Source of the DNA: an uncultured Verrucomicrobiota bacterium | GTDB lineage: Bacteria; Verrucomicrobiota; Verrucomicrobiia; Palsa-1439 | Length of the DNA: 64,000 bases | Direction of reading: 5' to 3' | Assembly (NCBI GenBank): GCA_903847335.1 | Contig: CAINDI010000143.1 | Span: 9,946-73,945 of the forward strand | In this document: positions 28,008 to 38,562 of the stretch, piece by piece | Layout of the letters: every line of letters starts with the position of its first letter | How positions within the stretch are numbered: the first letter of the stretch is position 1 | The notes under the pieces: model-generated | Seen by the model: only the letters and a program-made list of their open reading frames with translations | Database searches by the model: none | What the model was told of the DNA's origin: nothing | Translations under genes and position numbers: made by a program

Positions 28008-29152
28008 ACGACCAAACCAAACTCATTACCGGCCTCCAACAAGCCTGGCGGGACGAAAACGCCAGTGCGCGAAATTACCGGGCGTTGTCGGAACGGGAAT
28101 CCAATCCGGAACGCAAAGCAATTTTACTGCGCCTGGCCGAAGCGGAAGACAAGCACGCCGCGAATTGGCTGGCACGCTTGAAAGAACTCGGCGCTGATCC
28201 CGGCCTTTATCAAGAATCCGCTAGCGAACGAACACGCCGGTGGTTGCTTGTGCAGAGTGGTACCGAAAGTGCCGTCGTCAAGTTGGAGGCGATGGAGAAC
28301 GACGCCGATGCGTTGTACGATGATTTGCTGAAAGTTGCCACCGGTGCTGACCACACGCAAATCGCGGAAGCCCAACGCGAAGAAGAAGCGCATGCCAAAG
28401 TATTGAACGACATGACCGGCGCATTTTCGCCGACGCAACGCAAATTGGACCGGCTGCTCGGTCGTGAGAAATGGCACGTCACCGCCGGTGGTTGGATTGG
28501 CCAAGCGATTTATGGTGCGAACGACGGTCTCGGCGCGGCATTCGGTGTCGTCAGCGGCGTGGCCGGCGCAACGGCGGCGGACGCGAAATTTGTTTTGTTG
28601 GCCGGTGTCACCACGGCGATTGCCTCGGCGTTGTCGATGGGCAGCGGCGCGTACTTGGCGACAAAATCGGAGCGCGAAGTTTACTCTGCTGAAATCGAAC
28701 GGGAACGTCGTGAAATTGCTGAGAACCCGAAAGAAGAACTCGAAGAGATGGCGTTGTTCTACCAGCTCAAAGGTTTTTCACCGGCCGAAGCGGAAAAGAT
28801 GGCGGCCAAACTCGCGGAGCAGCCGGAGCATTTTCTTCAAACGCTGACGCACGAGGAGCTAGGTTTATCGGAACGGTCGTTCCCAAATCCCTGGCGCGCG
28901 GCGTTCAGCGCCACGGCTAGCACGGCAGTCGGCGCATTTATTCCGGTGATTCCATTTTTCTTCATGCACGGCACGCCGGCGTTGATTGCGTCCTTTGTCA
29001 TCAGTACCGCGGCGCATTTTGGGGTGGGGGCGGCGAAAGTGATTGTCACCGGTCGGTCGTGGTTTAAGAGCGGGATGGAAATGACATTCGTCGGACTCGG
29101 CGAAGCCATCATTACCTACGGCATCGGTTTGCTAATTGCGCGCATCCGGTAA
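28004..29152 (+). CDS. mbfA: Erythrin-VIT1 family protein (MbfA-like): N-terminal ferritin/rubrerythrin-like diiron domain plus C-terminal CCC1/VIT1 iron-manganese transporter domain.
   Basis: ATG overlaps the stop of the preceding gene (ATGA at 28004-28007). The N-terminal half has ferritin-like E-x-x-H pairs (AEAEDKH, EEEAHAKV). The C-terminal 5-TM VIT domain contains GANDGL. Confidence 0.7.
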   Translation: MNDQTKLITGLQQAWRDENASARNYRALSERESNPERKAILLRLAEAEDKHAANWLARLKELGADPGLYQESASERTRRWLLVQSGTESAVVKLEAMENDADALYDDLLKVATGADHTQIAEAQREEEAHAKVLNDMTGAFSPTQRKLDRLLGREKWHVTAGGWIGQAIYGANDGLGAAFGVVSGVAGATAADAKFVLLAGVTTAIASALSMGSGAYLATKSEREVYSAEIERERREIAENPKEELEEMALFYQLKGFSPAEAEKMAAKLAEQPEHFLQTLTHEELGLSERSFPNPWRAAFSATASTAVGAFIPVIPFFFMHGTPALIASFVISTAAHFGVGAAKVIVTGRSWFKSGMEMTFVGLGEAIITYGIGLLIARIR

Positions 29153-29202
29153 TGCAGCTTGACGAAGCAGACAGCGGCACCTATGGTGTGAACAGATTTG
29201 AC

Positions 29203-29279
<77 letters not shown>

Positions 29280-29288
29280 ACGTACGAC

Positions 29289-29322
29289 GGGCCTGAAAGC
29301 AATTTCAGGCCCGTTTGTTGTT
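29289..29322 (+). terminator. Rho-independent terminator downstream of the tRNA.
   Basis: A 10-bp GC-rich stem (GGGCCTGAAA / TTTCAGGCCC) with a GCAA loop, followed by GTTTGTTGTT. Confidence 0.6.
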
Positions 29323-29327
29323 GAGCT

Positions 29328-30383
29328 CTAACGCAGCCATTCGTCCCGGTGCGCCGCAACAAAGGAATCGTCATTGAGATGCGGATAAGCGGCGTAGACG
29401 CGGTCAATTTCTTCGTGTTGGCCGATGCCGAAGGTTTCCTGTGGATCCAGTGTCCAAACGCCGGTCAATAATCCTTGTCGGCGCAATACTTCATGAATGC
29501 CGACAATGCAGCCGGCAAAACCATTCGCGGCATCGAAAAAGGCGGAATTCGAATCGGTTACCTCGACACCGCGCTGTAGCAATTCTGCCGTCCGGTCGAG
29601 TTTCCCGACTGCCGCGTGGCAAGCTACAAGCAACTCCACGGCTCGTTGCGTCCAAACCGACCAGTGGCCAAGGAGTCCGCCCACGAAATGCCGTTCGACC
29701 GGCTGACCATCCCGGAGGAAGCGAAAGGGGGTAATCAAGTCCGCTACGATGTTGTCATCGTTGCCGGTAAAGAGTGCGATATCATCCCGGCCGCTTTCCA
29801 CTACGGCGCGGACGACATCCAATGTTTGGTAGCGGTTAAAGGCGGCAATTTTGATTGCCACGACATTTTCAATCTCGGCAAATTTTCGCCAGAAGGCGTA
29901 GGGCAAGAGTCGGCCACCGGTCGCCGGCTGGAGATAAAATCCAATCACCGGTAGAACATTCGCTACCGCACGGCAATGGGCAACCAATTCATCAACCGGT
30001 GCCTGCGGCAACGCTGCTAAGCTCAGTAATCCGGCGTGGTAGCCAAGTGTTCGCGCTACCTCTGCCTCGCGAATCGCTTGCGGCGTTAAACCGCACAGAC
30101 CGGCGATGCGAACCACCGGCCGGTTCGCGCGCTGCATTTCTTCTGCGGCCAATGCCAGTACTGGTTGGTATAGGTCAACTTTTGGATCTCGGATTGCGAA
30201 TTGCGTCGTATGAACCCCCACTGCTAGCCCACCGGCACCGGCGGCAAGGTAATAGCGGCTGAGTGCTCGCTGGCGATGTTCATCAAGCTGGCGTGCGGCA
30301 TTGAGCGCGAGTGGATGGGCGGGAATTACCAAGCCCCGTTGTAAGGCGGCACGAAAATCAAAACTTTCCATCGCGCACCTCAA
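29328..30383 (-). CDS. Dihydrodipicolinate synthase / N-acetylneuraminate lyase-family (class I aldolase, TIM barrel) protein.
   Basis: 351 aa. Contains the AIKIAAF...TGNDDNIV pattern, reminiscent of the Schiff-base lysine region of the DapA family. The specific function is not assignable. Confidence 0.45.
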   Translation of the reverse strand: MRCAMESFDFRAALQRGLVIPAHPLALNAARQLDEHRQRALSRYYLAAGAGGLAVGVHTTQFAIRDPKVDLYQPVLALAAEEMQRANRPVVRIAGLCGLTPQAIREAEVARTLGYHAGLLSLAALPQAPVDELVAHCRAVANVLPVIGFYLQPATGGRLLPYAFWRKFAEIENVVAIKIAAFNRYQTLDVVRAVVESGRDDIALFTGNDDNIVADLITPFRFLRDGQPVERHFVGGLLGHWSVWTQRAVELLVACHAAVGKLDRTAELLQRGVEVTDSNSAFFDAANGFAGCIVGIHEVLRRQGLLTGVWTLDPQETFGIGQHEEIDRVYAAYPHLNDDSFVAAHRDEWLR

Positions 30384-31383
30384 AGTGAGTTGGTTTGTTT
30401 AATGTGCTGCCACCGTGCTTTACCCATTCAGCCACCCAGGTAATTAGTTGACCAATATTTGCCGTCGGTGAACCGAAGAGTTGGTAGGCTTTCGTCGAAT
30501 TGCTAATCCACGCTGTGGACGCTTCTTGTCCAACCAGCACCGGTGCTTTTCCTAGCTGTCGCCCCAAACGAGTCGCAAGATCACGAAGCGATAGGATTTC
30601 ACGCCCGGTCACATTGATGATAAAGGGCGGACTGGCGGCATGAGCAAGACATTGAATTGCTTGAGCATTCGCATCTCGCTGCCAAATGATATTGGCGTGC
30701 CCCATGGTGACATCAATCGGCTCACCGCTCATAATCTTTTGCGCCAAATCAATTAACACGCCGTACCGGAGATCGATTGCATAGTTGAGACGGACTAACG
30801 CCACGCGCGTCCCGTTGCGCTTCGCAAAATGAGTAAAGATTCGCTCCCGGCCTACGCAGGAATTCGCATAGTCTCCCGGTGGACCGAGCAAATCTTCTTC
30901 GCGTGCGCCGTTACCGGTAATCGGTGCCAGCGGATAAACACACCCAGTCGAAAAAGCAACAATGCGGGAATTTGCATAACGCTCGGCTGTATGAGCCGGT
31001 ACTAATGTGTTCATTGCCCAGGTTAAATCGGGGCCTTGCGATGTGCCAAATTTTTGTCCGGCCATGAAGATTACATTGGGCGCGTCCGGTAGGTTGGCAA
31101 CGGCCGCACGATCAAGTAGGTTGGCAGTTACCGGTTCAATGCCGAACTTACGAAGGCTCTCGGCGGTGCTGGGTATTGAGAAGCGTGCAACGCCGTAAAC
31201 CGGATCAGACCGACCAAGGCTGTCCAGTGCCCGCCGCACCATTCGCGCGAGCGTCGGCCCCATTTTTCCGCCTACGCCGAGCACTGCAACCGCCCCCGGT
31301 AACGCACGCAACGTCTCCATGACACCGGGAGTCGGCTCGCTCAGAATTTGCTCTAATTGATCTTCGGTTTTAATCGTCAGCAT
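30358..31383 (-). CDS. NAD-dependent epimerase/dehydratase (extended SDR) family protein.
   Basis: 341 aa. N-terminal Rossmann motif VLGVGGKMG, and a YxxxK-type active-site region. Confidence 0.7.
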   Translation of the reverse strand: MLTIKTEDQLEQILSEPTPGVMETLRALPGAVAVLGVGGKMGPTLARMVRRALDSLGRSDPVYGVARFSIPSTAESLRKFGIEPVTANLLDRAAVANLPDAPNVIFMAGQKFGTSQGPDLTWAMNTLVPAHTAERYANSRIVAFSTGCVYPLAPITGNGAREEDLLGPPGDYANSCVGRERIFTHFAKRNGTRVALVRLNYAIDLRYGVLIDLAQKIMSGEPIDVTMGHANIIWQRDANAQAIQCLAHAASPPFIINVTGREILSLRDLATRLGRQLGKAPVLVGQEASTAWISNSTKAYQLFGSPTANIGQLITWVAEWVKHGGSTLNKPTHFEVRDGKF

Positions 31384-31563
31384 ATTTATTTTTAAATTCT
31401 GTGGAGCACAAAACTAAATCAACTAAACAAAAATATCGGCCATTATCAAGTAAAGATGGAGCTTTTTACAACCCACGTCACTGTAAGTTTGACCGGCATG
31501 AAGCGCTTGCCATTTTTGTTGCAAAAAGGCGATTGCTGACCGGTCGAAAAAATTGCTACGTTG

Positions 31564-32187
31564 ATGCCGATGAATATTTCATTAACCTTGGAGCTAGTCG
31601 CGGTCGGCGTTTGCGCTGTGACCGGTGTACTGGCGGCGGAAGGGAAACAGGTTGATCTTTTCGGCGTGCTTGTGTTGGCTGTTGTCACGGCGTTCGGCGG
31701 TGGCACTGTCCGGGATTTGTTACTCGGCGATGTGCCGGTCGCGTGGATGCGGAATCCGTATTATCTGCTGACGGCAATGTTGGCTGGACTGGGAACATTT
31801 ATCGTAGCGCGCTACCGGTCGTTGCCGCGGACGGTGTTGCTGGTGGCCGATGCGTTTGGTTTGGCCTTGTTCACATTGATTGGAACCAAGAAGGGACTCG
31901 CATTCGGCGTTACGGTGCCGGTGGGCGTAATGCTTGGAGTGATTACCGGCGTGGCCGGTGGCATTCTGCGTGATGTTTTAACTGGCACGATTCCGCTGGT
32001 CTTTCGTCCGAAGATTTACTTGTACGCGACAGCGGCTCTGTGCGGCGCGACGGTATATGTGTTGGTATTGCATTGGATGCCATCCGAGGTGGTCGCCGCC
32101 GGTAGTAGTCTCGCTACGACACTGGCGCTACGGCTTGCGGCTATCCGTTGGAAGCTGGAATTGCCGCTGTTTCATGTTCGCCGTTGA
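31564..32187 (+). CDS. UPF0126 / TRIC-family membrane protein (YadS-like putative glycine transporter or cation channel).
   Basis: Two tandem repeats, each with the GGGxxRD signature (FGGGTVRD, AGGILRD), and 7 TM helices. Confidence 0.75.
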   Translation: MPMNISLTLELVAVGVCAVTGVLAAEGKQVDLFGVLVLAVVTAFGGGTVRDLLLGDVPVAWMRNPYYLLTAMLAGLGTFIVARYRSLPRTVLLVADAFGLALFTLIGTKKGLAFGVTVPVGVMLGVITGVAGGILRDVLTGTIPLVFRPKIYLYATAALCGATVYVLVLHWMPSEVVAAGSSLATTLALRLAAIRWKLELPLFHVRR

Positions 32188-32320
32188 GATGCTGCCGGTT
32201 AAAATCCCGGTATTTCGGACTAAAGTAAGCGAGGTAGTGGAGACCTTGTAAGAATAAAGGTTTGTGCGATGTTGGCGAGTATTTTCATGCTCTTAATTAT
32301 AAACTAAGGAACAATTTTCA

Positions 32321-33079
32321 ATGAAAATAACGCCGGCACAGTTGGACTTTTATGAACGGAATGGTTTCCTAGTCGTTGAAGACCTGATCTCAACGAAAAA
32401 CCTAGAGATTTTAAGCCGAAGAATTGACGAGATCCAGCAGGGGGTACTCCAAGCACAGGAGTCTGCGAAAGGTGGACAACCTGTAGGTTTTTTAATTGAA
32501 AAACAGAGTGACGGCTTAGCCGTGACAGCGAAACCCGCGGTGCGAAAACTTACCAATCTCGCATTCGTGGATGATTTTTTTAAGTCGATTGCCGCCAGTC
32601 CAAATATTCTAGACATTGTCTCACAACTCACCGGTGGTGGAACCGAGCTTATGCTTTACAGTGATCAGGCATTTCTAAAACCCGCTTTTTGTGGTTCAGC
32701 CAAACCTCTCCACCAAGATAATTCCTATTTTAAAGTCACGCCGAATTCTGCAGGAGTTACCTGTTGGCTAGCGATTGATAATGCAACCGTAGAAAATGGC
32801 TGTTTGAATTACATCCCCGGCACACACAAGCTTGGGCTAGTGAAGCATAAGGCTACTGATGACCCGGCACATCTAGTTCCAGATGTTGACTTCAAACTTG
32901 GAGTGGAAATACCACTGCCTATTCCGGCTGGTTCTTGTCTTTTTCATCACCTACTGGTCATGCATAGCTCTAAGGTTAACAGTAGCCCAAAGTCACGGCG
33001 GGCCTGGGCGCTGCATTATGCGAATCGCACTGCAGAAAAATCCGTTAAATCATGGGAGAATATGCTCAAGCTACGGTAG
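32321..33079 (+). CDS. Phytanoyl-CoA dioxygenase (PhyH) family Fe(II)/2-oxoglutarate-dependent dioxygenase.
   Basis: 252 aa. N-terminal YERNGFLVVEDLI. H-x-D in PLHQDNSYF, with a distal His in IPGTHK. Sits in a locally low-GC segment. Confidence 0.75.
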   Translation: MKITPAQLDFYERNGFLVVEDLISTKNLEILSRRIDEIQQGVLQAQESAKGGQPVGFLIEKQSDGLAVTAKPAVRKLTNLAFVDDFFKSIAASPNILDIVSQLTGGGTELMLYSDQAFLKPAFCGSAKPLHQDNSYFKVTPNSAGVTCWLAIDNATVENGCLNYIPGTHKLGLVKHKATDDPAHLVPDVDFKLGVEIPLPIPAGSCLFHHLLVMHSSKVNSSPKSRRAWALHYANRTAEKSVKSWENMLKLR

Positions 33080-33098
33080 TCTTCCGAGTAGAAAATAA

Positions 33099-34135
<1,037 letters not shown>

Positions 34136-34237
34136 ACGAGCCGAAACGATTGCTGCTCAAGTATACATATGCTATTTTCTGGAGCGCAATTCCAACTGTT
34201 GAACATTTGAAACAGATCGGCGCTTAGTCTTTCGTTT

Positions 34238-35347
34238 ATGAACCAAATTATCGAACTGCTTTCCCGGCTTGTTGCTTGTCCGAGCATCAACCCGAAGAAT
34301 CTTGCGCCCACCGGTCTGCTCTATGGTGAAGCCGGTATGGTTGAGCTTCTCGCCAATCTTTTGCGCGATTGGGGTGGTCAAATTCAAATTAACGAAATTG
34401 CGCCGGGGCGTCCCAATCTACTTGCCTGTTTCCCCGGCAAAAATCCAAACCGGTCACTACTGCTCGACGCGCACACCGATGTCGTGGCGGTGGAGGGGAT
34501 GATCATTCCGCCATTCACACCAATGATTCGCGACGGGAAACTCTACGGGCGCGGTGCATGTGATACCAAAGGGCCAATGGTTGCCATACTTCTCGGTCTG
34601 CGCCGCGTTCTCGACGAACAGGGCCAGCCACCGGTGACAATCTGGTTTGCGGGGACTTGCAATGAAGAGCTTGGAGCCACCGGTGCCGCAGCACTGATGG
34701 CATCCGGTTTCCGGGCTGACATGGCCATTATCGCTGAGCCGACCGAACTGAAAATTATTCACGCCCACAAAGGGGCACTGCGCGCAATCTTGGAAACAAC
34801 CGGTATTGCTGCGCACAGCTCCACACCACAACTCGGTGTCAACGCAATCTACAAAATGCTGCCGGTTATCACTCGACTGGAAAAAATGATTTTCCCGGCC
34901 ACACATCCAAAACTCGGCGCACCGACATTAAGCGTCGGCACCATTGCCGGTGGATCACAAGTCAATATTGTGCCGGCGAGTTGTCGAATTGACGTGGATC
35001 GTCGGCTGCTGCCCGGTGAGACGCGTGAAGAAATCGTTCACCAACTTACCGGTAACGAAGATGTAATGTGCACAGTCACGGAATTTTATCCGCCACTTGA
35101 AGAGTCACTCGATAGTCCGGTGGCTGGCTTAGTAGCGGCGGCGTGTCGCCGTGTATTAGGTCGTGCCGAATTTAGTGCCGCACCCTATGCGACCAATGCG
35201 GGGGCTTACAAAGCGGCCGGCATTCCAGCCGTTGTTTTTGGTCCCGGTAGCATTGCTCAAGCCCACACGAAAGATGAGTTTATCGAGCTTTCAGCAGTGG
35301 CGCAGGCGGTGAATCTTTTCGCGGAAATTATCCAGAATGCAACTTAA
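34238..35347 (+). CDS. M20-family metallopeptidase (ArgE/DapE-type N-acyl-amino acid deacylase).
   Basis: 369 aa. Contains LDAHTDVV, GRGACDTKG, and the catalytic NEE (in GTCNEELGATG). Confidence 0.75.
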   Translation: MNQIIELLSRLVACPSINPKNLAPTGLLYGEAGMVELLANLLRDWGGQIQINEIAPGRPNLLACFPGKNPNRSLLLDAHTDVVAVEGMIIPPFTPMIRDGKLYGRGACDTKGPMVAILLGLRRVLDEQGQPPVTIWFAGTCNEELGATGAAALMASGFRADMAIIAEPTELKIIHAHKGALRAILETTGIAAHSSTPQLGVNAIYKMLPVITRLEKMIFPATHPKLGAPTLSVGTIAGGSQVNIVPASCRIDVDRRLLPGETREEIVHQLTGNEDVMCTVTEFYPPLEESLDSPVAGLVAAACRRVLGRAEFSAAPYATNAGAYKAAGIPAVVFGPGSIAQAHTKDEFIELSAVAQAVNLFAEIIQNAT

Positions 35348-35363
35348 GGAAACGAAATTAGCC

Positions 35364-36416
35364 ATGATGATACCATCCGTCCAAAAACTACGCATCGGTG
35401 TGACCGGTCTCGGTCGCATCGGTTGGGAACACGCCCAGCAACTGGCTAGCCACACTGATTTTACTCTGGCCGCAGTGGCGGATCCGGTGGCCGACCGGCG
35501 CGCCGAAGCGATTACGAAATTTGATTGTGTTGCCATGGCGACCCATGAGGAATTACTGCGTACCACTGGATTGGATGCAGTGGTGATTGCCACGCCGACC
35601 CATCTTCACAAAGCAATGGCAATTGCAGCCTTCAAAGCTGACCAGCATGTCTTTCTCGAGAAACCCATGGCTGTGACTATTGCCGAAGCCCGTGCGATTG
35701 CGCAGGCAGCTCAACGTGCTCATCGAGTTTTGACTGTCTACCAACCCCACCGGTTAACGGCCTATCATCAGCAAGTTCGTCACATCATTGCCACCGGTAA
35801 GCTGGGGCAGATTTATCACGTCAAACGCGGCGCGTTTGGTTGGGTGCGGCGGAATGATTGGCAGACGTTGCAAAAGTTTGGCGGTGGCATGCTGAATAAT
35901 TACGGCGCGCATTACCTCGATCAATTACTGGATCTGACTGGCCATGATCTCAATCGGATTTTTTGCCGGTTGGGAAGGGTGGCCTCACTGGGCGATACCG
36001 AAGATGTCGTGAAGGTTATTTATCAAACACGCTCTGGCATCCTCGGTGAAGTGGAAATCAATCAAGCTACGCCGCGTGGATTTTTTGAGTTGGAAGTTTA
36101 CGGTACACATGGCGTGTTGTGGAAAGAAGCGAATACACTAAAGCTCCGGTATTTTCGGGCTGAAGAATTACCGGCGCGGATATTGGATTCAACTCTTGCG
36201 ACTCCCGGTCGGGAATATCCACGTGACAACGCGAAGTTTTATGACGAGATCGTCGTTGTTGATGAACAGTACGCCGTGGATGTTTATGCGGATTTTGCTC
36301 AGGCAATTCGCATCGGTAGCGAGCCGTTTGTGAAGCCCGCCGAAACGCTCGCTGTGATGCAGTTGCTCGCCCGCTGCCGGAAGCAATCCGGTTCCATCAT
36401 CGCCACGCCAATCTGA
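35364..36416 (+). CDS. Gfo/Idh/MocA-family NAD(P)-dependent oxidoreductase.
   Basis: N-terminal Rossmann motif IGVTGLGRIGWEHA. An EKP motif (FLEKPMA). The C-terminus has an alpha/beta dimerisation domain. Confidence 0.8.
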   Translation: MMIPSVQKLRIGVTGLGRIGWEHAQQLASHTDFTLAAVADPVADRRAEAITKFDCVAMATHEELLRTTGLDAVVIATPTHLHKAMAIAAFKADQHVFLEKPMAVTIAEARAIAQAAQRAHRVLTVYQPHRLTAYHQQVRHIIATGKLGQIYHVKRGAFGWVRRNDWQTLQKFGGGMLNNYGAHYLDQLLDLTGHDLNRIFCRLGRVASLGDTEDVVKVIYQTRSGILGEVEINQATPRGFFELEVYGTHGVLWKEANTLKLRYFRAEELPARILDSTLATPGREYPRDNAKFYDEIVVVDEQYAVDVYADFAQAIRIGSEPFVKPAETLAVMQLLARCRKQSGSIIATPI

Positions 36417-36436
36417 GCAATTCTGATTGACAACCG

Positions 36437-37660
36437 GTGATGCACCAAGCAGATATTATTTTTATGATAAAAGCAAAAGATTCCGCATCTGAGCGAGTGT
36501 CGATGACCGGATATGGTCGTTCGCTCGCCGTAATTTCGGGAGGTCTTCCTGATCGGATACCGGCCTACACGCCCACCATTGCGAGTGATGTGGCGAGCCG
36601 GATTTTAGGACGCAACGCCCACACCGGCGGCCCAGCTCTCTGGTGGGCAGAAGCAGCAGCGTGGTGCAACGGCCCAACCGCTTGGCAGGAATTCGGTTGT
36701 CAGATTACAGAAGACATTATTGATTTACACCGGGCGTTGGGACAAGACGTCATTCGTTTCCCCTGGCGCAACAATATCAAGCCGACCGCCAAAATCAACG
36801 ACACCACTTTTCTATGTGGCGATCCGGCGGGCGACCATCAGATTTGGTATTGGGACGCACAGATGATGAATTTTATTCCGGACCGGCATCCCGTGGAGCC
36901 GCAGGTTGAAGATTGGCCGGCGGTAGCGAGAAAAGCTGAGAAAAACGTCGAGCAACGCATTGCCGAGGTTCGGGAAACCATCGGTGTACCGGAGGCTAGC
37001 CTACAAGCCAGACTCGGCGATACGATGTTAGTGCTCGGTGGTGGTGCAGTTGGCTTGAGCTTAGGCGTGGACGAAGCGCATTTGTTAGCCACTGCGTTGG
37101 AGCCGGAGGCGGTCTCCGACATCCTCGACTGCGATTTGGCAGTTAGCATTGCTGCGGTCAAAGCAATGGCCGGGCGCGGAATCAAGGCGGTTCTGGGGGG
37201 CGGAGACATGGCGGACAAGAATGGTCCGATGTACTCACCGGAAATGTTCCGGCATTTCATGCTGCCGCGCTGGAAGAAACTGGCGGACTGCTGCCGTGAG
37301 CTCGGTCTGCATTATGTGTGGCGAAGCGACGGTAATCTCTGGAAAGTCGCTGATATGCTTTTTCGCGAGGCAGCAATGCCGGGGTTTGGTGAGGTTGATT
37401 TTGATGCGGCAATGACGACGGCACGTTTGCGGGTGGAGTATCCGGATTTAGTTCTCTGGGCCAACCTGAGTGGCGATTTATTGTGTCGGGGTACCGCCGA
37501 GGATTCCTACCGGCATAGTATGCAACTGCTCGAAGTCAGTCGCGGTCGCCGTTATTTCCATGGTTGTAGCAATACAATTCTACCCGGTAGTCCGGTGGAA
37601 AATGTACACGCGATGATGCAGGCGCGGGACGATTTCAGCCGGCAACTCAGTAAATTATAA
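36437..37660 (+). CDS. Uroporphyrinogen decarboxylase (URO-D) superfamily protein, the second paralog.
   Basis: 407 aa. Pattern resembles the URO-D/MtaA TIM barrel. It is distinct from the first paralog at 20996..22177. Confidence 0.45.
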   Translation: MMHQADIIFMIKAKDSASERVSMTGYGRSLAVISGGLPDRIPAYTPTIASDVASRILGRNAHTGGPALWWAEAAAWCNGPTAWQEFGCQITEDIIDLHRALGQDVIRFPWRNNIKPTAKINDTTFLCGDPAGDHQIWYWDAQMMNFIPDRHPVEPQVEDWPAVARKAEKNVEQRIAEVRETIGVPEASLQARLGDTMLVLGGGAVGLSLGVDEAHLLATALEPEAVSDILDCDLAVSIAAVKAMAGRGIKAVLGGGDMADKNGPMYSPEMFRHFMLPRWKKLADCCRELGLHYVWRSDGNLWKVADMLFREAAMPGFGEVDFDAAMTTARLRVEYPDLVLWANLSGDLLCRGTAEDSYRHSMQLLEVSRGRRYFHGCSNTILPGSPVENVHAMMQARDDFSRQLSKL

Positions 37661-37674
37661 CCTCTGGAACTGAA

Positions 37675-38562
37675 TTAGATCTCTTCTTCTTTTCCGCTGA
37701 CCAATGAGTGTTGTGCGGCTTCAAGCATGGCCATGATTTCAAGTGTGTCTTCCATTGCCACCGGCGCCGGAACACCCTGAAAGAAATTGGTAATTTTTTC
37801 CAATAGATCCGAATACATTCGATCGGTATCTACTACAAACGGCGCGGCTTGCTCGGTGCTTCGCAAGCATCCACCGTAAATCCAAACATTTTGGTTTAAC
37901 TCTACAATCCCTCGGCGACCACCGGCGTAACTGATAATTGCAATCAGCCCGGCGTCATCTTGCCGAACAAAAACTCGTTGGGCACCGCGTCCCATTGCGC
38001 GTTGCAGCATCTCAAAGGTGTGGACGCCATACCAGATGATGGAACTACCGGTGGGTGCTAGTCCCAATGGACCGTAAACTGTGGTGCATGATGGACTTGG
38101 TATTATTTGGCAAGCGGTTTCAAGTTGAGGAACAAAACGTAATGCGGATGCCGAAAAGGTTTTTAAGTTCCAGGCATTGATGAGTGCAGAAATCTTCCGA
38201 CCATTCGCCAATGTGTCGGCGAGTGGTTTATCGAGGAATACATTCTTACCTAAGTCAACACACCGGGAGAAATATTCCAAGTGATACGCCGGGTCGTTAA
38301 TCGCCAGTAGCAACGCATCGCAACCCGTGACCGCTTCGGTAAAATCAGTGGTAACTTTTACACCCCACGCTTCCAATTGTTGCTGGCGGGCATTCAAACC
38401 AGACTCACTTTGAAATGGAGTAGTAAAACGCAAGCAAGAAACCGCCTGCAAATGCTGAACTTTTTGCTCCGGTGGACACTCGGGAGCTTGCATCCGTTTC
38501 ACAAACTCAATGGTGTGACTGCTATCTAAACCGATGATTGCGACGCGAATCGTTTTGTGCAT
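37675..38562 (-). CDS. Gfo/Idh/MocA-like oxidoreductase with an N-terminal NAD-binding Rossmann domain.
   Basis: IRVAIIGLDSSHTIEF is an N-terminal dinucleotide-binding motif. The start is taken at M5 (MHKT). Confidence 0.55.
   Translation of the reverse strand: MHKTIRVAIIGLDSSHTIEFVKRMQAPECPPEQKVQHLQAVSCLRFTTPFQSESGLNARQQQLEAWGVKVTTDFTEAVTGCDALLLAINDPAYHLEYFSRCVDLGKNVFLDKPLADTLANGRKISALINAWNLKTFSASALRFVPQLETACQIIPSPSCTTVYGPLGLAPTGSSIIWYGVHTFEMLQRAMGRGAQRVFVRQDDAGLIAIISYAGGRRGIVELNQNVWIYGGCLRSTEQAAPFVVDTDRMYSDLLEKITNFFQGVPAPVAMEDTLEIMAMLEAAQHSLVSGKEEEI

Noticed and set aside
31384-31560. AT-rich 177-bp divergent intergenic region upstream of the UPF0126 (putative glycine transporter) gene, checked for a glycine riboswitch or other structured leader.
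   Set aside because: I found no match to the glycine riboswitch core, and no convincing conserved stem architecture. It is most simply a divergent promoter region.
34172-34387. 71-aa minus-strand ORF spanning the AKR-M20 intergenic region.
   Set aside because: It overlaps the M20 peptidase start, is basic and low-complexity, and has no SD. It is likely spurious.
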